Virus record (IMG/VR): IMGVR_UViG_3300033998_000198
Span: 1-64,000 of that record
DNA: 64,000 bases
Direction: 5' to 3' (one strand)
Source of the DNA: a virus
The notes beneath the pieces were generated by a model, which ran no database searches, was not told the DNA's origin, and saw only the letters and a program-made list of their open reading frames with translations. Of the stretch, positions 27,096-34,651 are shown piece by piece. A program made the translations under genes and the position numbers. How positions within the stretch are numbered: the first letter of the stretch is position 1; the number at the start of each line of letters is the position of its first letter.

Positions 27096-28940
27096 ATGGA
27101 TGTTATTTCTATGCAAATAGCAAATAAAGTTCTGAGACGAATGAATACCGAATTTAACGGGGTATATGACAAGTTCGTCGCAACCGCAGGACAGAAGACA
27201 TTCACCACTACGAAAGTGGTAGCTACCGACGGGAATGCTCTAAAAGTATTTGTGGACGGTATCCTGGCTGTAAAAGACATAGATTATACCGTCATAGACA
27301 GTCGAAATATTCAATTTATAAACGGCCTCGAAGCTGGAGCACAGGTTCTACTGACAACTGATGTTGTTGGCGTTCCAAAGTTTGAGATGGTAGCTCCGGC
27401 TTATGACGATACGCAGGTAAAGGCCGATATCAACTCTCTTGCAACAAGAGCTCAGAACTCTGAGAATGCAATTTTTGCATTGCAGACAAGAGTAACCAAT
27501 GCCGAGAGCGAGATCAACAACATCAAATCCGTGTTGGACGAAGACGGTGATGGAAGTATTACAGACACGATAGCCAATATAAAGGCTCAGTGGGAATCTG
27601 CTGACGGCAATCTCACAAACCTGATTAACAACAAGGCTGAACAGTCAGACCTTGAAGCGGTTGAAAACGAGATAGCAGCAGCAAGAGGTCTTAGTTCCGA
27701 CCTTGCAACAGAGCTTAATGCGATCAAATCTTCTATACCCGCTGCATATGATGATTCCGCTCTGTCAGATAGAGTTGCTGATATCGAGGATGAAATCAGT
27801 ACAGCACGGGCAACGCATGCATCCATTGGAGAGAGGATACAAGCAGTTGCTGATCAGATTCCTGTAACTGAAGTTGCAGCCATCAAGAATGAAATAGAGG
27901 CTGCTCGTGGAGGCAAGAACAATCTATCAGAGAAATTATCTGAGATTCAGTTGTCCATTCCTGAAGCATACGATGACTCTGATTTATCGCAGAGAGTCAC
28001 AGCACTCGAATCCAAGAAACTTGATGAATTTGTTCTTGTTGACACGGTAACCGGTTATGAATACAAAATCAAAGTTATAAATGGAGTATTGACTGCTGAT
28101 CTTCTGAAGAAACTTGCTTCAGTTACTGTATTACAGATTGGTACAGGAAACATTTATAAGGGTGACACGGTTGGGTTTACTGCAACTGCCAAGTTTGAAG
28201 ATAATACCGATGCTACATCGAACACTCTGTTTGTATACTCTGTTGATAACGAAACAATAGCAACCATTAATCCTTCAACAGGTGTTCTTACAGCTCTTGA
28301 TGAGGGTAATGTAATTGTAAGTGTAACTGGTACTGCATATGGTGTAAGTAAGTCAAACAATATTGCTATAACCATCATCCTTACAGATTCGCAGGCTGTA
28401 GAGAAGGCTAAAACAAACCTCGATCTTGCCGCATATAACAGCTTGCCAAACCTTGATGCTATAATAGGCAATCTTGTAATGCCGGCCACAATGAACGGCA
28501 CGACTGTAACATGGTCGTCAGATAATGTTTCCGTTATAGCAAACGACGGAACGGTTGTAAGACCTTCCGGACTTGACGGAAATGCAGTTGTAACATTAAC
28601 TGCTACAATCAGCAAAGGAACTGTTAGTGACACCAAGACATTTGTTGCTACAGTAATAGCACTTCCATTGACTGATGCTGAGAAAATTCAGATAGCAAAA
28701 GCAAACCTAACCCTTGGTGACACTTCAGCCGTAATATCTGATCTGACGTTACCGAATACTCAGAATGAAGCAACAGTAACTTGGGTATCAAGCGATCCTA
28801 CTGTAGTGTCTGATACTGGTGTAGTAACAAGACCTGCTGCTGGAAGTGGTGACGCTACAGTAACGCTGACTGCAACTATAACGGTTAACAGTGCAAGTGA
28901 CACTAAAGAGTTCACCGTAACTGTTCTTCAGGAAGAATAA
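27096..28940 (+). CDS. Fibre protein with coiled-coil shaft, Big_2 domain and two atrophied bacterial Ig domains
   Basis: Repeated 'AYDDS.L..RV..lE' and 'E.aARG' segments; 'YSVDNETIATINPSTGVLTALDEGNVIVSVT' (Big_2); two copies of 'L.lP....atVTW.S....V....G.V.RP....dA.VTLTATI'. Confidence 0.7.
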   Translation: MDVISMQIANKVLRRMNTEFNGVYDKFVATAGQKTFTTTKVVATDGNALKVFVDGILAVKDIDYTVIDSRNIQFINGLEAGAQVLLTTDVVGVPKFEMVAPAYDDTQVKADINSLATRAQNSENAIFALQTRVTNAESEINNIKSVLDEDGDGSITDTIANIKAQWESADGNLTNLINNKAEQSDLEAVENEIAAARGLSSDLATELNAIKSSIPAAYDDSALSDRVADIEDEISTARATHASIGERIQAVADQIPVTEVAAIKNEIEAARGGKNNLSEKLSEIQLSIPEAYDDSDLSQRVTALESKKLDEFVLVDTVTGYEYKIKVINGVLTADLLKKLASVTVLQIGTGNIYKGDTVGFTATAKFEDNTDATSNTLFVYSVDNETIATINPSTGVLTALDEGNVIVSVTGTAYGVSKSNNIAITIILTDSQAVEKAKTNLDLAAYNSLPNLDAIIGNLVMPATMNGTTVTWSSDNVSVIANDGTVVRPSGLDGNAVVTLTATISKGTVSDTKTFVATVIALPLTDAEKIQIAKANLTLGDTSAVISDLTLPNTQNEATVTWVSSDPTVVSDTGVVTRPAAGSGDATVTLTATITVNSASDTKEFTVTVLQEE

Positions 28941-28971
28941 CCTGAAGTAGAAGAATAGGAGGTAATGTTAC

Positions 28972-29244
28972 ATGAGAGCGATAGATAGGATGAGACGTCT
29001 CGAAGCAATGACTCTTGGTGTTGCCGCCAACTACGTTGTAGATTATACCTATGACAACAAAGGCAGGGTATCCCAGGAAATTGTAACCGGTGACATCAAT
29101 AAGACAACTACATATACTTATGACGATGCTACCGACAACATTATCACAGAAACAACTGTGGAAAACGGTATAACAATCACCAAGACATACGAATACGATG
29201 AAGCCTCTGGCAATATCGTCAAGGTAACCGTCGTTAAGTCATAA
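28972..29244 (+). CDS. Small YD-like repeat protein
   Basis: 'DYTYDNKGRVSQE...TYTYDDATDNIITE...TYEYDEASGNIVKV'. Confidence 0.6.
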   Translation: MRAIDRMRRLEAMTLGVAANYVVDYTYDNKGRVSQEIVTGDINKTTTYTYDDATDNIITETTVENGITITKTYEYDEASGNIVKVTVVKS

Positions 29245-29262
29245 CAGAAGGGAGGCCATTGT

Positions 29263-29760
29263 ATGGCTGCAAAGCAAGTCGTCAAGGCTGATCAGATAAA
29301 AGGGATGTATGGAGTGTCCCTTGAGGATGACATCAAGATCATTGTCGATAAGGCAATGAATTATGACAAGCCTGTGCAAACCAGAAATGACCTCCCTATG
29401 ACTGATAACCAGGTAGGAGATGTCCGCCTGGTTATGAGCGAAGGAAAGTTCTATCAATGGAACGGAACCGACTGGGAGCCGACTAAGGATATACATATTG
29501 AATCAAGGCAACTTGAATTTACAATTACACAGGACGGCCAAAGCATCATCCCGATAGATATAGAGGTTGGTGTAGTCAATGGAATAGCAAGTATGGACAC
29601 GATACAGCTCCTGGTGAACGGTATCATTCAAAAGAAAAACACAGACTACACAGCAGATATCCAGGACAATAAGGTTGTCATTACATGGATATCACCTGAT
29701 TTTATGCTCGAAACCACTGACTCTGTTCAAGTGGTTTACGATATATTATTACATGAGTAA
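29263..29760 (+). CDS. Short fibre/collar protein
   Basis: 'VQTRNDLP...GDVRLV...FYQWNGTDW' fibre module plus the ~68-aa repeat domain. Confidence 0.55.
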   Translation: MAAKQVVKADQIKGMYGVSLEDDIKIIVDKAMNYDKPVQTRNDLPMTDNQVGDVRLVMSEGKFYQWNGTDWEPTKDIHIESRQLEFTITQDGQSIIPIDIEVGVVNGIASMDTIQLLVNGIIQKKNTDYTADIQDNKVVITWISPDFMLETTDSVQVVYDILLHE

Positions 29761-29774
29761 AGGGGAATACCATC

Positions 29775-30512
29775 ATGGCATTGATTAAAGGCAAACAGAT
29801 TCAGTCACTGGCAGCTACCAAGGTAGTTGAAACCAGTGAAAAGCAGTTCATCTCCGCTGCGGAGAAAGCTGCATTTGCTGCCAAACAGGATGCTCTCGGA
29901 TTTGTTCCGATTGATAGTGCTCTTGTAGGTGCAGCTAACGGTGTAGCCGGTCTTGATGCTAACGGCAAGGTGCCATTGTCAGCAATGCCTGACATGTCTC
30001 AGAGCCAAACTTTCGTTAAAACAAACATTGCTGAAAGGGACGCTCTTACGGGGTTAAAGTCCGGAGATAGAGTTATCGTCCTCGACGACGGAGATGGTAA
30101 GAAAGCAGGTTACATATTTGATGGAACTACTTTCTTCAAAGACTTCGACGTTGACTGGGAGAACATCAATCTCCAGTGGAGCAATATTGTTGACGCTCCT
30201 ACTTCAACCACAGCAGAAATTGATGCAGCCGTTGCTAAAACTGCTGAAATCGGTTATGCAAAGACCATCGTTTTGACTGGTATAACTGGTACTACCATCA
30301 ATACCGGTATCAGGACTGATGGAACCGGGGCAAACAAAACCAACAAGACAGACATCGTTCTGGCTGTTAATGGTTATGTTCAGACACCTGGAGCTGACAA
30401 GGATTACACTGTTGCAGAAGTTTCAAACGAACTCGTTGTTACATGGCTTACAAGACACTTCGCTCTTGAGGCTGATGACGAAATCGCAATTACTTTCACG
30501 CAGTTGGCGTAA
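29775..30512 (+). CDS. Short fibre protein
   Basis: 'GAANGVAGLDANGKVPLSAMP' fibre motif, 'NIAERDAL..LKSGDRVIV' module and a terminal repeat domain. Confidence 0.6.
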   Translation: MALIKGKQIQSLAATKVVETSEKQFISAAEKAAFAAKQDALGFVPIDSALVGAANGVAGLDANGKVPLSAMPDMSQSQTFVKTNIAERDALTGLKSGDRVIVLDDGDGKKAGYIFDGTTFFKDFDVDWENINLQWSNIVDAPTSTTAEIDAAVAKTAEIGYAKTIVLTGITGTTINTGIRTDGTGANKTNKTDIVLAVNGYVQTPGADKDYTVAEVSNELVVTWLTRHFALEADDEIAITFTQLA

Positions 30513-30524
30513 TCAAAGCAAATG

Positions 30525-30547
30525 TCGGGGGAGCTTGTCTCCCCTGA
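30525..30547 (+). terminator. Intergenic hairpin, possible terminator
   Basis: GGGGAG-CTTGT-CTCCCC core with extension; weak AT-rich tail. Confidence 0.45.
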
Positions 30548-30580
30548 TAATTTGACTAATTGATGGTAGGGAGATGACAT

Positions 30581-30868
30581 ATGGCAAGATTAAAGGCGAA
30601 AATGTTGGAAGACATTCCAATCACAAAGATCATACTGAGACAAAGAACACTGACAGATGTTAATGGTACTGTCGACAGTCCACACATTGAAACCATACCG
30701 ATACAAGCTACCGATGATTTTATTGTGCCATATGTTAATGTTCTTATTATGGAAGGCGGTATTTATCGCCAAGCAATTCCAGGAGTAGATTTTATGGTGA
30801 CCTACATTTCACCAAATGAAATGCAGGTTGAACTGTTCTTCTCAGGCAACTGTAAGATCAATTACTAA
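30581..30868 (+). CDS. Hypothetical virion protein
   Basis: 95-aa ORF with GGGAG RBS. Confidence 0.5.
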   Translation: MARLKAKMLEDIPITKIILRQRTLTDVNGTVDSPHIETIPIQATDDFIVPYVNVLIMEGGIYRQAIPGVDFMVTYISPNEMQVELFFSGNCKINY

Positions 30869-30873
30869 CATAC

Positions 30874-30903
30874 TGGACACATGTGTGTTTTTTATATTAT
30901 AAT
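30874..30903 (+). promoter_or_regulatory. Sigma-A/70-like promoter overlapped by a palindrome
   Basis: TGGACA (30874-30879), 18 bp, TATAAT (30898-30903); perfect palindrome ACACATGTGT at 30877-30886. Confidence 0.55.
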
Positions 30904-30949
30904 TAAGATAACGGCTAATGTATAAATTTAGCTTTTGTGGGGGATAGAG

Positions 30950-31768
30950 ATGGCTATAGGGTTCAACGACAGATATGTGGCCACTGAGGGGCAAACCGAA
31001 TTTCATACATCTCGGGATTATATGGTAGGCACGGGTACATTATTTGTTTACGTAAATGGTATCCTTGCTTTTTGTGGCCCTGACCAAAACTACGTAGAAA
31101 CGGACTCCCGCACGGTTACATTCAATTATCCGATGAGCGAAGGAGATGTCGTGGTTCTTACAACCAGCATTGTAAACTCGAACATCGAAATCATTTCTAT
31201 TCAATCCAACCCCTCTCTCCTTACAAAATACGGAGCTGAAAACCGGTTAATAAATAATAACCGGTATACTGTTGAGATCAGGGTTGCAGGAAAGCAACTA
31301 AAATGGTCTTTTACATCACGATATTCACCGCTATACAGCACAGTTCAGAATATTCGTTCCGATCTTGGAGGACTGGCTGATGCGTTTACCAACGACCAAA
31401 TAAACTTTGTCATATACCAGAATAGCAAGGAAGGGTTTGAAATCTATTCGGCAAGATCAGATTATTCCTCTGTAAACGCAATACCGACCTCACTGAAGAA
31501 CTGGGTTCGGTATAAAACCTGTATAGATTTAATATTCGCTGTATATGAAACTATATCGGGAAATGCGGGAAAACGAATGAAAATTATCGGCCCTATGCAG
31601 GTTGACAGAGAAACGAAGATTCCGTTTGTGAACGATATGTTAAAGAAGTTCCAGAGGGCATTTGAAGATGCAGATGTAAAACTTCGTGAGGCGACGAGAG
31701 TGGCTGCATTCGTTAAAGCTGGTACAAGCATGGCTTTCCCGCTCGCATCGAGGGGGTCGTCATTCTAA
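30950..31768 (+). CDS. Head-tail adaptor/neck protein with an N-terminal beta repeat domain
   Basis: N-terminal ~68-aa repeat, then a helical adaptor-like domain ('SPLYSTVQNIRSDLG...LKNWVRYKTCIDL'); first gene of the neck/tail block. Start moved to ATG30950. Confidence 0.55.
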   Translation: MAIGFNDRYVATEGQTEFHTSRDYMVGTGTLFVYVNGILAFCGPDQNYVETDSRTVTFNYPMSEGDVVVLTTSIVNSNIEIISIQSNPSLLTKYGAENRLINNNRYTVEIRVAGKQLKWSFTSRYSPLYSTVQNIRSDLGGLADAFTNDQINFVIYQNSKEGFEIYSARSDYSSVNAIPTSLKNWVRYKTCIDLIFAVYETISGNAGKRMKIIGPMQVDRETKIPFVNDMLKKFQRAFEDADVKLREATRVAAFVKAGTSMAFPLASRGSSF

Positions 31769-32283
31769 TGAAGGTTGATCTTGATTTTAGAGATGAAATG
31801 AATGAATGGATAAGAGATTATGGGGTTACAGTTCTGTACCAGAGAAGCAGCAATTACATAAAGTGTTCATGTGTAGACCCATTATATAAAGCTCCAGATT
31901 CAAGATGCACCAAATGTAATGGTACTGGCAAATTGATTAAAACTCAGAAGTTGAAGATCCTGATGCAGGAGCAATACCCTCCAAACAGAAAAGGACAGAG
32001 AAAAGGACAGTATGATTACTCTCAAGTTGGACAAATATACGCTCCTCAGATAACTTTCTACTTTGTCCATAACGAACCACCTAAAGTAAAAGATATAGTT
32101 TATATAGTCGGTTGGGATAAAGGAAGACCAGTAAATCTTATCAATATGTATGAGATCACGGGATTCCAAGGACATAGAGGGGAAGACGGAAGAATAGAAT
32201 TCTATATGATATCGGCAACAAGCAAGCCAGAACTGATGAGCAGGGGTAAAGAGTATTTAGATAGATTGAGGCGAATGAGATGA
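31768..32283 (+). CDS. Head-closure/neck protein with a Zn finger
   Basis: 'CSCVD...PDSRCTKCNGTG'; position between adaptor and sheath; overlapping start/stop. Confidence 0.55.
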   Translation: MKVDLDFRDEMNEWIRDYGVTVLYQRSSNYIKCSCVDPLYKAPDSRCTKCNGTGKLIKTQKLKILMQEQYPPNRKGQRKGQYDYSQVGQIYAPQITFYFVHNEPPKVKDIVYIVGWDKGRPVNLINMYEITGFQGHRGEDGRIEFYMISATSKPELMSRGKEYLDRLRRMR

Positions 32284-33830
32284 ATTATGATATCGTATCT
32301 CAGTTAAATACAGTTGAAAATTACGGTAAAGTAATTTACCTTCTTGGTTCCGCAGAAAGCGGGCCTGTCCAAACTCCTGTAAAAGTCAGGACAACGGAAG
32401 TGTTAAAAGATGTCTTCGGCAGCCTCGGTACTATTGTTGAAGCATTCAACCAGATTACAGATGTTGCCGGCAGCAATTGTGAAATATACTGTGTAAAGGT
32501 AACAGGTACGCATGCAACATTGACGATGGATGTAAACGTAAAAGGCCAGAATGTAATCAACGACGGATTTATTATGAAATCCAAATATGCAAATGAGATA
32601 TATAATAACATCTATGTTGCACTTGATAACCAAGGTATGACATTTTATTTTCCAACAGAACTTGGTGGAGGTACAAGACGGTATACTTTCTCCGATTACG
32701 AAATACTCGGCTTGCTAATCAGAGCGATCAATGAAGATACAAAGAAAGGTCTTAACCATGTATGGGTACATGCAACAATAGGACACGGCACACCGCTTGA
32801 TGGATTGCTATTCTCAGTCAATCCATCAATGATGAATTTCTCGGGAGGAAACAGCGGACTGTATTACAGTAAGGACCAATACTGGTTTTGTCTGTGCGAT
32901 ACATATGATTTGCTTGAAAGTGAATATATTGATATAATATTACCATTGGATGCTTTTATGGACGATGTCCATCCGAGATTTTATTACGGTGACCAATTTG
33001 AGTCATCGGTTACATATTCAAGCGACAGAGACTACCTGGATCTTGAGGATTCAGATGGTAGACCGATAACGTTCCATCGGCCGCTTATAGACTTCTGTAA
33101 GAAGCAGATGCGGTTCGGTCTGATTACTCACGGTATCATGGGGTTTAATAAAATTCCAGATATTGAAGAATTGAATAATCAGGCGTATAATTATATTGAT
33201 GTAATAAAAGGAAGTCCGCTCGGAGACCGGATCGGATTCTTGAAAGCACCGGAAACCGACGACGGGTTCTTTATTTCGGTAGTAGCTGGAGAATTGGAAT
33301 ACAGTGATGGTACAATTGCAAACGGCTACACTGGTTATGCTGGCCTTATGGCAAGCACAACAATAGCATCAAGTTTGACAAATAAACCATTGGGAGATAA
33401 GGTCAAGCTGGCAACAACATTCACCAGCGAACAATTAGAGGCTATGGCCAATTTGGGGGTTGTGTCGTTTAGAGACAGTATTTTGAAGGGGTTAGTCGTA
33501 TCGAATGCGGTTACACCTGTAGCTGACATTTCTAATGAACTGCATTACTCATGCAATGTGAGAATGATTCAGTTAACACTATCCTTCATAAAATTACAAC
33601 TCGACAAATTCCTTGGCGAAGATATAAACAAACTCATTGACGACAATGCCATAGACACTACTATCAAAGGTGTGCTTGAGTATTTGAAAGAACAGGATGT
33701 TCTAAAGGATTACACTTACACACAGAATATCGATAGGATAAACGGAGTTCTTCAAATAACTCTCGACCTGAAGACCCTTTACATGGTTGAATCCTGCTCG
33801 GTATCTGCCGAAGCTACATTCAAAGTGTGA
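32280..33830 (+). CDS. Tail sheath-like protein 1 (short paralogue)
   Basis: Sheath N-terminus 'IYLLGSAESGPVQTPV' and C-terminus 'SSLTNK...FTSEQLEAMANLGVVSF...CNVRM..L...FLGE...LDLK..YMVE'. Confidence 0.75.
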   Translation: MNYDIVSQLNTVENYGKVIYLLGSAESGPVQTPVKVRTTEVLKDVFGSLGTIVEAFNQITDVAGSNCEIYCVKVTGTHATLTMDVNVKGQNVINDGFIMKSKYANEIYNNIYVALDNQGMTFYFPTELGGGTRRYTFSDYEILGLLIRAINEDTKKGLNHVWVHATIGHGTPLDGLLFSVNPSMMNFSGGNSGLYYSKDQYWFCLCDTYDLLESEYIDIILPLDAFMDDVHPRFYYGDQFESSVTYSSDRDYLDLEDSDGRPITFHRPLIDFCKKQMRFGLITHGIMGFNKIPDIEELNNQAYNYIDVIKGSPLGDRIGFLKAPETDDGFFISVVAGELEYSDGTIANGYTGYAGLMASTTIASSLTNKPLGDKVKLATTFTSEQLEAMANLGVVSFRDSILKGLVVSNAVTPVADISNELHYSCNVRMIQLTLSFIKLQLDKFLGEDINKLIDDNAIDTTIKGVLEYLKEQDVLKDYTYTQNIDRINGVLQITLDLKTLYMVESCSVSAEATFKV

Positions 33831-33840
33831 GGTGCAGACA

Positions 33841-34638
33841 ATGGATATGGGAAACGTCTTCAAGGACGACGAATTGCTTGATAGAGTGTATAATGAATAT
33901 TTCGGAGAGAAGGAAAGCCCTCCGGAAAAAGCTGTACAACAGACTGAAGACCTGAAAGGTTATACATACAGGGAGTACAGCAAACGTAACGGATTAGTTG
34001 AGGGTACCGGCGACATACCTGGTTCAAATAAACAGAGATGGCTTGCGGAAGATAACATAGATGATGTCGATGAACTTGCAGAACACATCAGACTTATACT
34101 GAATGCTGCGTGGGGAGACAATTGGGGAGAGTTTGGTCCTGAGCTGAAAGAGGGTGAAAACCCTGAAGACATTCAGTTACCACAGATAACTTACGACGTT
34201 GTTACGAGGATCATTCCCGACAAGAAACCATTAAAACCTATTCTTATGGATACGGTTCAGGAGATTGTAAACGGGAAGCCCACCGGAGATTATTTTAATC
34301 TCTACCGTCAATGGTTTGACAGCGTAATAGAGTTTAATATCTGTGGAGCGAACAGTCTCGAAACACGACGGCTCATGAAGAAATTCGAGACGATCCTGGC
34401 AACATACACAGGGCATCTCAAGAAAGTCGGAGCAAGCGAAATCCTGTTTCTAAAAGAAGTACACCCAACGCAATCATCAAACTTTCGTGAAGGGATACCG
34501 ATGAAGTGTCTTCTGTACTTAGTCAGGATTGAAAGAATAACAGTAGTCAAGACAAGTACAATCAGGAAGATGGAGTTGGCTCTACAAACAGTTAACAATG
34601 CGGGACAAAATTCCGCACCAAAAACCTATAAACTTTAA
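33841..34638 (+). CDS. Tail terminator/completion protein
   Basis: 'LPQITYDVVTR...RQWFDSVIEFNICG...ETRRLMKKFETIL'; position next to the sheath. Start moved to ATG33841 behind GAGGTG. Confidence 0.5.
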   Translation: MDMGNVFKDDELLDRVYNEYFGEKESPPEKAVQQTEDLKGYTYREYSKRNGLVEGTGDIPGSNKQRWLAEDNIDDVDELAEHIRLILNAAWGDNWGEFGPELKEGENPEDIQLPQITYDVVTRIIPDKKPLKPILMDTVQEIVNGKPTGDYFNLYRQWFDSVIEFNICGANSLETRRLMKKFETILATYTGHLKKVGASEILFLKEVHPTQSSNFREGIPMKCLLYLVRIERITVVKTSTIRKMELALQTVNNAGQNSAPKTYKL

Positions 34639-34651
34639 GGAGGAAGCGTAA

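Noticed and set aside
8353-30512. Diversity-generating retroelement target or template repeats in the fibre genes
   Set aside because: No reverse transcriptase and no near-identical repeat pair differing at adenines was noticed; the repeats are diverged at protein level.
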